Shown in pieces: positions 37,810 to 45,963 of a DNA stretch of 59,576 nt; position 1 is the first letter of the stretch; each line of letters starts with the position of its first letter. The position numbers and the translations under genes were made by a program. Source of the DNA: a virus; the IMG/VR virus record IMGVR_UViG_3300027852_000007; one strand, written 5' to 3'. The notes beneath the pieces were generated by a model. That model made no database searches and was not told the DNA's origin. It saw only the letters and a program-made list of their open reading frames with translations.

Positions 37810-37821
37810 AATACTTGTATT
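37810..37821. promoter_or_regulatory. AATACTTGTATT palindromic site, preceded by TTGGCA
   Basis: Perfect 12-mer of the AATAC-WW-GTATT family, 70 nt upstream of the AP2-like gene. Confidence 0.55.
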
Positions 37822-37891
37822 GGTTTAAACCAGTATTTGCTACATAAGCCGTGGGCATGTAGGCTATTCCCTTTTGGGGAGTTGACCGAAC

Positions 37892-38338
37892 TTGGCGACT
37901 GAAAATATTAGCAAGGGTATTACCAAATTTACCGATACCTGTTATCGCGCCGTTATATTTCTTCTCGGTAAGGAAGTGACGCGCTACTTCAAGACGCTGG
38001 AAGAGGCGAACGAGTGGTATGCCGAACATGCGCCGATTCGAGAAGATTTGCTCTCACCGGGTGGGAATGTCACGATGAAACAGACCCGCGCCAGAACTCA
38101 GGATTTACCTATCGGCACGTATGAGAGCTTTGAACAGTGTCGCCGCAAGTCCGTAGATTCCTACGTGGTGCCGATTATTCGCACGACGATATGCCTGAAA
38201 GACGGAGGGCTAAAGCATTTCCAACGCTCGTTTGACACGGGTGGGCCGAGGGATAGAACCCGTGAGGAAGCCGTTAAGCAGATAGCGGAAGCACGAGCAA
38301 AGTTTGTAGAAGAGAACCCGCACTTGGTGCGATACTAA
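37892..38338 (+). CDS. AP2-like DNA-binding protein (paralog of 50655-51092)
   Basis: CYRAVIFLLGKEVTRYFKTLEEANEWY is AP2-like (strand-strand-strand-helix). The C-terminal ...RTREEAVKQIAEARAKFVEENPHLV parallels ...RTLEEALAIVMEKRAAFVRANPDLF in the paralog. TTG start, uncertain. Confidence 0.5.
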   Translation: MATENISKGITKFTDTCYRAVIFLLGKEVTRYFKTLEEANEWYAEHAPIREDLLSPGGNVTMKQTRARTQDLPIGTYESFEQCRRKSVDSYVVPIIRTTICLKDGGLKHFQRSFDTGGPRDRTREEAVKQIAEARAKFVEENPHLVRY

Positions 38339-38357
38339 AAAAAAATAGGAAAAAACA

Positions 38358-38786
38358 ATGGCACGAGCACCAACAAAAGCACCAACAAAAGCACCAACAA
38401 AATCAGCCAAAGCAAAGGCGGAAGCGTTTGCGAAGAACTCGCCTGCAAAAAATCGCAGACCAACACCAGTCAAGGCCGCAACAAACAGGCGGTCTAATAT
38501 AGCGGTGCCGAGTAAAAATGGGTCGATACCACCTTTGAGCGTGTTGCTTGAGAAGGCGAACAACGAAGAAATGCTGCGCCGACCGTTGGCGCATTACAAG
38601 CCGGTGCTCAGGGTATTAATATCGAAAGGCATGATAGCACTTGAGATTATAGACTGGCTGGAGGCGCACAACGTTGGCACGTACCCGCGCACGACAATAG
38701 CCAAGATGGTCAAGACCATTAAGGATGAGAATAAGGCGAACGGTTGTGTGGGTTTGCCTGACCAGGAGGGCGACGGTCAGGGCTGA
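38358..38786 (+). CDS. Lys/Ala/Pro-rich (histone-H1-like tail) protein with C-terminal HTH-like domain
   Basis: N-terminus MARAPTKAPTKAPTKSAKAKAEAFAKNSPAKNRRPTPVKAA. C-terminus ...IIDWLEAHNVGTYPRTTIAKMVKTIKDEN. Confidence 0.55.
   Translation: MARAPTKAPTKAPTKSAKAKAEAFAKNSPAKNRRPTPVKAATNRRSNIAVPSKNGSIPPLSVLLEKANNEEMLRRPLAHYKPVLRVLISKGMIALEIIDWLEAHNVGTYPRTTIAKMVKTIKDENKANGCVGLPDQEGDGQG
38367..38402 (+). repeat. 12-bp x3 coding tandem repeat (gcaccaacaaaa = APTK)
   Basis: Three perfect units read directly. Confidence 0.9.
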
Positions 38787-40234
38787 GTAGTCTGCAAGCC
38801 TTCAATGTAGTCCACAAAAGCGGCCTTGATGGACAGTTGTGTTGCGTCCTTATCTTTGAGTGATGCCCACACCAGTTCGTCAACGGTGCGTCGGGCGATC
38901 AGCAGGTAGTTGCTGGTGATGTGTCGCTGACCCGTGCGGTTGAGGCGGCCATTAAGTTGTTCGAACAGTTCAAGGTCGGGTGTCAGGCTGAACCAGACGA
39001 TGCCGTGGGCGTGACCTTTTTGCAGGTTGAGACCGTGGCCACCGGACTGGGGCTGGACGCCCAGCAGGGGGATTTCATCATTGTTCCAACGCTCGATTAG
39101 TCTGTCACCACGTTTGGAGTCACCCAAAAACACCATCGAGGGGAAGCGCTCTTTGAGCCGGGCTTTGTCTGACCGATAGATGTAGGCGACGATCAGCGGG
39201 CGCTGGTCACATTCGTCAACAATCTGTGCCAGGGCGTCGAGCTTGGCGTTGTGAAAGCTGTTCCAGGTGCCTTTGTCATCGGTGTAGTAGGCACCGTTGG
39301 CGAGCTGTATAAGTTTACCGTAGAGTACCGCAGCGCTGACGGCGATCAGATCCTCACCAGCGATGGTGAGGATGCTCTCATGCTCCATGGTTTTGTACTG
39401 GTCAAAGGCCGCTGAGGGCAGGTCGCAGTAGACGGGGCGGGTCAGCACCTCGGGCAAGGACTGGTAATCTTCCGGTAGCAGGGTGGTGGCCAGTGACCCT
39501 ATGGCGTTGATGATAAGCCCCTGGGAACCCGGCCTTGGCATGTAGCCGAAGCCGCTGTACTGGCGCTCGAAGTAGCGGTTTCGGTAGGCGGTGATGTTAT
39601 GCCCCAGTCGTTTGCCACCATCCAGTAGATAGATTTGTGACCACAGGTTGATCAGCCCTTTCGGTGCTGGTGAGGCGGAGAGCTGTACCATGCGGTGAAT
39701 CCACGGGCGCATACGGCGCAGGGCTTTGAAGCGCTGTGAGGCGGGGTTACGAAACAGGCCGGACTCATCCATGATGACCATATCGAAGGGCCATGCGCAG
39801 TTCAGTACGCCGCTTTTAGGCGACTTTTTCACCGGGTATAAGCTGGTCAGCCATTTAACGTTTTCAACATTGATGGCGTGGTAGTGGTTGCCGTTGTTGA
39901 GTGCGCTGAGGCGCTGTTTAAGGCTGCCGCGGACTGGGGTGATGTTGATGTGCTCCAGGTGTGACCACTCGCAGGGTTCGTTGGGCCAGGTGTCTTCGAC
40001 GTTGCGCACGGTGGAGATGATGAGTACGCGGTTGATACTCAGGTCGTGGTAGAGCGCGTCGGCGATCATCAGGGCGATGAGGGTTTTGCCCGCACCAAGG
40101 AAGAGCCAGAAGGCGTGGAAGGGGTCGTCTATGCCGATGGCCACCATGCGTTGCTGGTAGTCGCGCACGTCGGCGAGACCTCTGGCTGCGGTGACGGTGG
40201 GCAGGTTTTCGGTTTGAGCGAGGGCTTGTTGCAT
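38777..40234 (-). CDS. SNF2/DEAD-like superfamily-2 helicase
   Basis: Motif I LFLGAGKT, motif II MVIMDESG, C-terminal helicase motifs GGHGLNLQ and QLNGRLNRTGQ. 485 aa. Confidence 0.85.
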   Translation of the reverse strand: MQQALAQTENLPTVTAARGLADVRDYQQRMVAIGIDDPFHAFWLFLGAGKTLIALMIADALYHDLSINRVLIISTVRNVEDTWPNEPCEWSHLEHINITPVRGSLKQRLSALNNGNHYHAINVENVKWLTSLYPVKKSPKSGVLNCAWPFDMVIMDESGLFRNPASQRFKALRRMRPWIHRMVQLSASPAPKGLINLWSQIYLLDGGKRLGHNITAYRNRYFERQYSGFGYMPRPGSQGLIINAIGSLATTLLPEDYQSLPEVLTRPVYCDLPSAAFDQYKTMEHESILTIAGEDLIAVSAAVLYGKLIQLANGAYYTDDKGTWNSFHNAKLDALAQIVDECDQRPLIVAYIYRSDKARLKERFPSMVFLGDSKRGDRLIERWNNDEIPLLGVQPQSGGHGLNLQKGHAHGIVWFSLTPDLELFEQLNGRLNRTGQRHITSNYLLIARRTVDELVWASLKDKDATQLSIKAAFVDYIEGLQTTQP

Positions 40235-40307
40235 GGTTGACAGTCCTTGTCATGGTTGAGTTTTGGGACGTCCTTGTCCCTTCTGTTATTCTGTCGAAAA
40301 TAGCGCG

Positions 40308-40532
40308 TCAAATCTTTCTGCCAGTTTCGGGAAAACTGTATTCAAGGTAATCGTTTGTCCCTGCGGCTTTGAGCACTTCGAACGTCACCCTGTTGATTTG
40401 GGCCGTTTTTGGCCTTTGGAACAGCCCCCAACTTTTAGCGCAGTCGGCAATGTCGTTAAACGTGATGCCGCCACCGTGAGAGTCTCCTTCCCAACGCTTT
40501 TTAAATTCTGCCCTGGTCATCGTCATCGTCAT
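40308..40532 (-). CDS. hypothetical small protein
   Basis: 74 aa starting in an ATGACG x3 run (MTMTMT), so any of three ATGs could be the start. Confidence 0.5.
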   Translation of the reverse strand: MTMTMTRAEFKKRWEGDSHGGGITFNDIADCAKSWGLFQRPKTAQINRVTFEVLKAAGTNDYLEYSFPETGRKI

Positions 40533-40665
40533 CGTCGTCGCTTGTCAAAGTTACAGGGAAGCCAGGAGCGATGGTGCCGTATTTCTTCAGGTTGTGGTCG
40601 CCAAGGTACTCTCCCGTAACTTCGTCGAGTATGCCCTCTAGTACCCTATCTGCAATTTCACCCAT
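40501..40665 (-). CDS. small hypothetical protein with poly-Asp tail (54 aa, below the track cutoff)
   Basis: GGAGA lies 7 nt upstream of the ATG at 40665. My translation is MGEIADRVLEGILDEVTGEYLGDHNLKKYGTIAPGFPVTLTSDDDDDDDDQGRI. It overlaps the next ORF's start in another frame. Confidence 0.4.
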   Translation of the reverse strand: MGEIADRVLEGILDEVTGEYLGDHNLKKYGTIAPGFPVTLTSDDDDDDDDQGRI

Positions 40666-40700
40666 AGTGCTTCTCCGTTGTTATATTACTTTTATTGATC

Positions 40701-40712
40701 AATACTTGTATT
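40701..40712. promoter_or_regulatory. AATACTTGTATT palindromic site, preceded by TTGATC, in the divergent region upstream of the parA-like gene
   Basis: Perfect 12-mer of the same family as 8765, 37810 and 57181. Confidence 0.55.
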
Positions 40713-40821
40713 TAAAGCATGTGTTGTGTGTAAAATATATGTTGTATTTGTGATGGGTAGTATTGGTTCACATACTTTTTGCTGCTATTGTTCTCCCACG
40801 CTTCAAAAGGGGGAGCCGATT

Positions 40822-41463
40822 TTGATCATTTCATTACTGGGGCAAAAGGGCGGTACAGGTAAGTCAGCCCTTGCCCGAACACTGGCGGTTGAGTTTATCC
40901 GCAACGGCTGGAAGGCGCATATCGCTGATATGGATCAGGGGCAACAGACAGCCTTGCGCTGGGGCGAGCGACGACGCGCTAATGGTATCAGCCCAGCGGT
41001 AACGGTGACAGCTTACCAGCGTGTTAGCAAGGCTTTGAGCGGTGCAGGGGCGAGCGATGTGATGATCATGGACGGTAAGGGTTTCGTCGATGCCCACGCG
41101 CTGCGTATCGCCCTCGCCAGTACGTTGGTGGTTATCCCGGTGGGTATGTCTGTTGACGATCTGGAGGCTAATTTAACACTGGCGACAGGGCTGGTAGCAC
41201 GGGGTGTGTCGCGCCAGGCCATGGTGTTTGTGGTATGCCGGGTGGCGGAGCGCGGTGAGAAGGAGGCGATGCACACACGGGCGAGCATTAAGGACTGGGG
41301 TTTTAACCCGGTGCAGGGCTGGCTACCCTTCAAGACAGCTTACTCAAAGGCGCTGGATAAGGGTCTGGCGCTAACGGAAACACGCTTTCAAACACTGAAC
41401 ACCAGGGCTGACCATGTGGTTGAGCAATTGGTGGATCAGGCGATTAAGAACGATCAAAAATAG
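40822..41463 (+). CDS. parA: ParA/ParF-type partition ATPase (small type Ib)
   Basis: Deviant Walker A LLGQKGGTGKSALA, then ADMDQGQQTAL, MIMDGKG and VVIPVGMSVDD, which follows the ParF layout. AAGGGGGAG lies 7 nt upstream of TTG 40822. The track's earlier ATG at 40726 adds an implausible Cys-rich leader. Confidence 0.8.
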   Translation: MIISLLGQKGGTGKSALARTLAVEFIRNGWKAHIADMDQGQQTALRWGERRRANGISPAVTVTAYQRVSKALSGAGASDVMIMDGKGFVDAHALRIALASTLVVIPVGMSVDDLEANLTLATGLVARGVSRQAMVFVVCRVAERGEKEAMHTRASIKDWGFNPVQGWLPFKTAYSKALDKGLALTETRFQTLNTRADHVVEQLVDQAIKNDQK

Positions 41464-41473
41464 GAGTCAACAA

Positions 41474-41737
41474 GTGGACACAATTTGGAAATTTGAATTA
41501 AAGGTGGCAGACGAACAACTGCTGGAAATGCCCGTTGGATCACTTCTACTGGATGTGCAGCTACAAAATAACTCACTCCAACTGTGGGCCAGAGTTGATC
41601 CTGAGCAGCCGAAGATAAAGCGCAAGATAATTATCCACGGGACTGGCCACCCTGTGAAAGAAACAACAGGCAACCATCTTGGTACTTTTCAGTCGCCAGA
41701 TGGTGCTTTGGTATTTCACGTATTCGAAGGAGTTTAA
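41474..41737 (+). CDS. small conserved beta-rich protein between parA-like and the RHH gene
   Basis: AGGAG lies upstream of GTG 41474. Protein VDTIWKFELKV...LWARVDP...IIIHGTGHPV...FHVFEGV. No function recognised. Confidence 0.55.
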   Translation: MDTIWKFELKVADEQLLEMPVGSLLLDVQLQNNSLQLWARVDPEQPKIKRKIIIHGTGHPVKETTGNHLGTFQSPDGALVFHVFEGV

Positions 41738-41741
41738 CAGT

Positions 41742-42020
41742 ATGGCAAGATTTCGGGCACCACCGCGACAAAGCACTGATGGTATGTACGAGTGGGAGGA
41801 GAAAGAGGAAAGGGAGGAGAGGAAGGAGAGGAAGGAGAGGAAGGAGAGGAAGGAGAGGAAGGAGAGCATCGAAGAGCTGCTGGGCGAGCCGGAGGAAATG
41901 AAGCTGGTTCAGATCCGAATACCGGCGTCGGAGCGAGATCGTTTCAAGATGATTGCCGCCAGTGAGAACCTGACTATGGGTCGCTTGCTGTTGAGGATGA
42001 TTCAGGAGTACGAGGACTAA
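41742..42020 (+). CDS. ribbon-helix-helix protein (ParG-like centromere-binding candidate) with an ERK-repeat linker
   Basis: GAAGGAG lies upstream of ATG 41742. C-terminal KLVQIRIPASERDRFKMIAASENLTMGRLLLRMIQEY follows the RHH pattern. Sits downstream of the ParF-like ATPase. Confidence 0.55.
   Translation: MARFRAPPRQSTDGMYEWEEKEEREERKERKERKERKERKESIEELLGEPEEMKLVQIRIPASERDRFKMIAASENLTMGRLLLRMIQEYED
41814..41867 (+). repeat. 9-bp x6 coding tandem repeat (aaggagagg) within a roughly 75-nt all-purine tract
   Basis: Read directly. Encodes (ERK)n in the RHH protein. Confidence 0.9.
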
Positions 42021-42022
42021 CG

Positions 42023-42340
42023 TTGAAATGGAACTACAGGGTAATTGAGTTTGTTGAGGCTACCGGCGATCCGTTCCGACAGGTGCATGAGGTGTATTAC
42101 AATGAGGAAGGTGAGCCAGAAAGTTATGGCGAAAGCCCCGCCGCAGTTGTGTGGGGTGTTGAGGAAGAGGGTGCGGGGCACGATGTTTTGCAGATGATGG
42201 CACAGGCGCTGGATAAGCCTGTGCTTGTGGAGGCTGATTTTTCAGTAAATACCACTATCGAGAACATCGCGCTCGAGGATGGCGATCTCTTCGGGGATGC
42301 TGTCGAAGGGGATGCCGGGGCCGGTGACGAGGGTCAGTGA
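42023..42340 (+). CDS. hypothetical acidic protein
   Basis: MKWNYRVIEFVEATGDPFRQVHEVYYNEEGEPESYG... TTG start. The 3' end overlaps the convergent ORF 42242-42982 by about 100 nt, so one of the two ends is probably wrong. Confidence 0.45.
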   Translation: MKWNYRVIEFVEATGDPFRQVHEVYYNEEGEPESYGESPAAVVWGVEEEGAGHDVLQMMAQALDKPVLVEADFSVNTTIENIALEDGDLFGDAVEGDAGAGDEGQ

Positions 42341-42982
42341 GCCTTCTAGCAGGCGTTCTTCCGTCATAACTTCTACTTCGGCGTCGGGGTAGCGTGTCTG
42401 GATGAGTTCGGCCATGGTGATGGCGTAATCTTCTATTTCGTCATCGTCTTTATCACTGACCGGGGTGGTGTCGAGGGTGTGGCGGATGAAGTAGTTGCCA
42501 CCGTCGGTGAAGGTGGAAGCGCGGGGTGTGCCTTTGGCTTTGTTGCGGTTGCTTTTGGCGATGTCGCACTTTCGTTTCTGGCCTCGCCTTCTTAGAGTTT
42601 GCAGATCCAGGCTCCCTCTGTTTCGGATGTCGCTAGGACGGTCGTGACTGCGCGGCATGGTCAGGGCGCTAACCAGGTATCTGGGGTAGTAACGCAGGGC
42701 GAAGGGGATGGCGGCGACGAGTATGAGCATACAGATTGAGGTTTTAGGCAGGCGAGCACCGGAGCGCCACTCAGTGATTTTGCTGCGCTGATAACGGGTG
42801 CCAGCGACTTTGTTAAGGCGTTCCAGTGCCTGGGTGTAGTTGTAGCCTTCCATTGCTTCAGCACTCAACCACATGTTGATGAGGTGTACGTCGCCGTAGT
42901 CCTGGATGATTCCCGAGCGGGGCAGTTTGTCGGGGAGGTTGATAGTTTTGACGCCACCCTTGTTTGAGTTCGGGCCTGACAA
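42242..42982 (-). CDS. HTH-containing protein with a central hydrophobic segment (regulator candidate)
   Basis: YTQALERLNKVAGTRYQRSKITEWRSGARLP resembles an XRE-type HTH. A hydrophobic segment ICMLILVAAIPFAL follows, then a basic and then an acidic region. Confidence 0.45.
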   Translation of the reverse strand: MSGPNSNKGGVKTINLPDKLPRSGIIQDYGDVHLINMWLSAEAMEGYNYTQALERLNKVAGTRYQRSKITEWRSGARLPKTSICMLILVAAIPFALRYYPRYLVSALTMPRSHDRPSDIRNRGSLDLQTLRRRGQKRKCDIAKSNRNKAKGTPRASTFTDGGNYFIRHTLDTTPVSDKDDDEIEDYAITMAELIQTRYPDAEVEVMTEERLLEGSLTLVTGPGIPFDSIPEEIAILERDVLDSGIY

Positions 42983-42986
42983 GCCT

Positions 42987-43268
42987 TCAGCCCTCTAGTA
43001 TTTTGTCAATAAACAGTTCACCACCCTCGATGCTGTCCTCGTAGGTAACGAAAAAGCCCATTCTCTGTAGCTTGTTGATCCAGTAGTATTGTAGGGGACG
43101 GGGGGTTTCACCGGGACGCTTGACTTCGATGAAGCCTGCACGTCCACCGGGAAAGAGTACGAGCCTGTCGGGGATGCCCGCAGGGTTGGTGAGTTTGAGG
43201 TAGAGGCCGTCCAGCTGCTTTACGCGGTGGCGCAGTGCCTGGTCGATGTATCGCTCACGCTTGCGCAT
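42987..43268 (-). CDS. VRR-NUC domain nuclease
   Basis: GIPDRLVLFPGGRAGFIEVKRPGETPRPLQYYWINKLQRMGFFV carries the PD...E-x-K core and the conserved Q of VRR-NUC. Confidence 0.85.
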   Translation of the reverse strand: MRKRERYIDQALRHRVKQLDGLYLKLTNPAGIPDRLVLFPGGRAGFIEVKRPGETPRPLQYYWINKLQRMGFFVTYEDSIEGGELFIDKILEG

Positions 43269-45205
43269 TCGAAAATCTCCGTGATTTCACGCACTCGCTG
43301 GGCGTAGTAGCGTGTGTTGAGGGTGGCTCTGTCGATAACGGTGCTGTCGTTGGACACGGTGACGGCCTGGTGTTTGTTGATGCCGATTTCCCGCTCTTTG
43401 TCGGGCGCTTTGGCCAGCGGTGGCATGATTTTAATGAGGCTGACACCATCGGTGCTGACGTAGTACCGCGTAAGGTTCTGTAGGGACTGTTCGTCGTCTT
43501 CGGTGAGTACGTCGCGACAAACCAGACGGCTATCCCGTGGCACTTTGGCGCGCAGGAAGAAGTCGTAATCATCGGGGTGGTGTTCGATGAAGCTGTCAAT
43601 GTCTTCCCCCCTTACCAGACAGGCTTCTGCTGCTCTGGCAACAACCCGCGCTGAGAAGTTTTTGTGCCAGTCGTCGTTGGTTTCATAGTCGTATTCGTAG
43701 ACGCCTTTGTGAGTGATGGAGCCATCGGTCTTGACCGCCAGGTAGTTATTAACGTCGCGCATCCACACGCTGGCGTAGGTGTCGGTCTCAAGGACAAGCC
43801 GGGTGTGTTTCTCCCATTCTGCGCAGACCTTACACACTGTGTCGAGCTGTACTTTGGGCACGCTGTAGGCGATGCCATCGGTATTGACGTTGATCAAGCG
43901 CAGGCCGGGTACTGACATTAGCGCTTCGGCCAGCATACAGAGTAATAACTGCCCGTTGATGGTGATGGAGAGGGTGTACTGGGGATCGTAAAACGGGCTG
44001 TAAACACTGTTCGAATCACCATAGACGCCGTTTAAGGCGAGCTTGAGCATGGCGTTTTCTGCGCTACCTTTGGCGAAGGTTGAGCGCATTTTGTAAACAT
44101 CGGCATAAACCTCACAGAAGCGCTTACCCAGGTGTTCGGGGTGCAGGTTGTTGACGATGGCGAGGTTGGGGTAGTAGGACTTAACGTCGCGTTGTTCGAT
44201 AACGGTTTCATCGTCGGCATGGAAGGCGGTATTGGGTGTGGCCCCATGGAGGCCTCCCACACCGAAGTCGAATTGAAAGCCGTCGATGATGACGTTGAGG
44301 TTTTTAATCTTGCCTTTGACTTTATCGAGGTTAGCGAACGCGGCAACGTCACCCAGGGCGTCTTCTGGTATGCCTGTGAAGGTACCTTTTGTGTTGCTGA
44401 CCACTTGGCGGCGCAACCACTGTTCGATGGCCCTAAACGCAGGGTGACGGAGTTTAACGCTGTCGAGTATGAGGCTGTCGAGTACGATGTGCCCCCGGTG
44501 GGAGGTGGTAATTTTACCGGGGATACCGAGCCGGCGGGACATGTAGTCTTTACCAATTTTGGTGTCGTTGTGGTTGGTGAAGTCGATGCCTTCGGTGCTG
44601 CTCAGTGCGCGCCTGAACGCCACCTTATCACTGCTGATGTGGAAGAAGCGGCGGGTCTGTTCGACATCGTGAGCGTTGTAGCGGATCAGGGTGTCGATCT
44701 CTGAGGGCGTGAGGCGCTTACCCGGCGGGAAGGGCAGGTCTTTAATGGACGTGGCGCGCATGTTGAACTCCAGCTCTTTGAGGCTGGTACTGCGCGCCAC
44801 GTTGTCGAAGTGGTGGATGGCGTAGAGGTCGAGCTGTGTGACAAACTGTTGGTTAGGGTAGATGCGGTGCTTAAAGCGCTCGTTCCACGGGGTGCTGATG
44901 ATAGCCTGACACTTGAGCCAGGCGCGCCCCACGATGGTTTTAGCGGGTGCATCGGAGGGACAGGCCTGTATCAGGGTGTGCAGGATGGGGTAGTCAAAGC
45001 CCAGGTTGTTGAAGCCCACCATGGTAAAACGGTGGCTTGTTTTATCCAGCAGCAGCTTACGCAGGCGGGGCCAGTCGTTGCGACGTTGACTGACCTCTAC
45101 CACTGCGCGCTTGTTGTTCTGTTCGTTAATCAGCACGCAGGTGAAGACGTTGGGGTAGGTCTCAATGTCGTAGGTCAGGTAATGGGGCGTAAGCGGGCTG
45201 GACAT
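43220..45205 (-). CDS. family-B DNA polymerase with 3'-5' exonuclease domain
   Basis: Exo I YDIETYPN, Exo II GFNNLGFDYPIL, Exo III YNAHDV. Polymerase motif A DVKSYYPNL, motif B KLALNGVYG, motif C NVNTDGI. Confidence 0.8.
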   Translation of the reverse strand: MSSPLTPHYLTYDIETYPNVFTCVLINEQNNKRAVVEVSQRRNDWPRLRKLLLDKTSHRFTMVGFNNLGFDYPILHTLIQACPSDAPAKTIVGRAWLKCQAIISTPWNERFKHRIYPNQQFVTQLDLYAIHHFDNVARSTSLKELEFNMRATSIKDLPFPPGKRLTPSEIDTLIRYNAHDVEQTRRFFHISSDKVAFRRALSSTEGIDFTNHNDTKIGKDYMSRRLGIPGKITTSHRGHIVLDSLILDSVKLRHPAFRAIEQWLRRQVVSNTKGTFTGIPEDALGDVAAFANLDKVKGKIKNLNVIIDGFQFDFGVGGLHGATPNTAFHADDETVIEQRDVKSYYPNLAIVNNLHPEHLGKRFCEVYADVYKMRSTFAKGSAENAMLKLALNGVYGDSNSVYSPFYDPQYTLSITINGQLLLCMLAEALMSVPGLRLINVNTDGIAYSVPKVQLDTVCKVCAEWEKHTRLVLETDTYASVWMRDVNNYLAVKTDGSITHKGVYEYDYETNDDWHKNFSARVVARAAEACLVRGEDIDSFIEHHPDDYDFFLRAKVPRDSRLVCRDVLTEDDEQSLQNLTRYYVSTDGVSLIKIMPPLAKAPDKEREIGINKHQAVTVSNDSTVIDRATLNTRYYAQRVREITEIFECASVSDTSTRHCATA

Positions 45206-45789
45206 TAATCTTCGTCGAAGAAGTCGGACTGCTCTTCTGCTTCAGCCTCTTCCAGTTCGTCGAAGTCATCTTCAGGTCGGGTAGATCCGCCCAGGGGGTC
45301 GCCCTTGCGAACACGCTGGATGTTCATCAAGCCGCAGGAGACGCCGCTGTTACCTTTCTGTTGATAACCGAAGGCGTTAAGCGATGCCCGCACGTAGTCG
45401 CCACTGACGAACTCACCACTGTCGAGCATGGGTGTGACCTGTTCATCGACAACACCCACGGGGCGCTCGTTGGAGACGTTCATAAACCAGTGCCCGGCGT
45501 ACTCAGGTGGACGCTCTTCACCTTCGTCGGTAAGTTCGTCGCCATCGCGTAGCGGTGTTTTACGCGCTGACTTAGGCACCTTTTCACCAAATTTATTTTT
45601 AAGGGCGTTGGTGCTGGCCTGTTTAATTGCGGTGATGGTGTTCTTGGCTTTTTTAGGAATTAGCAGTTGTGCGGAATACTGCATCTTGCCGTTAAGGTCG
45701 TTTAACCGGGGCGTAAAAACGTGAAGAAAAGAACAGCGAATATTCTCACTTTTATCGGTGATTAATCGTGTACTCAGTTTTTTTGTCAT
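45205..45789 (-). CDS. phage ssDNA-binding protein (DUF2815 type)
   Basis: ...CSFLHVFTPRLNDLNGKMQYSAQLLIPK...GHWFMNVSNERPVGVVD...SLNAFGYQQKGNSGVSCGLMNIQ matches DUF2815. Acidic C-terminal tail DFDELEEAEAEEQSDFFDED. Confidence 0.75.
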   Translation of the reverse strand: MTKKLSTRLITDKSENIRCSFLHVFTPRLNDLNGKMQYSAQLLIPKKAKNTITAIKQASTNALKNKFGEKVPKSARKTPLRDGDELTDEGEERPPEYAGHWFMNVSNERPVGVVDEQVTPMLDSGEFVSGDYVRASLNAFGYQQKGNSGVSCGLMNIQRVRKGDPLGGSTRPEDDFDELEEAEAEEQSDFFDED

Positions 45790-45963
45790 CGTAACATTCC
45801 TTGTTTTGATGGTTTTAATTTTACTTTTTTACAGTAGTGATGGTGGTTTTACCCTATACCCATAGGTGTTTAAATACGATTGCTACTGACACAAAAGAGG
45901 CTATCAGCAGGATGATTAAAATAAAATCAAAATTTTTAATTTTTAAATCCTCAATTTTTTTAT

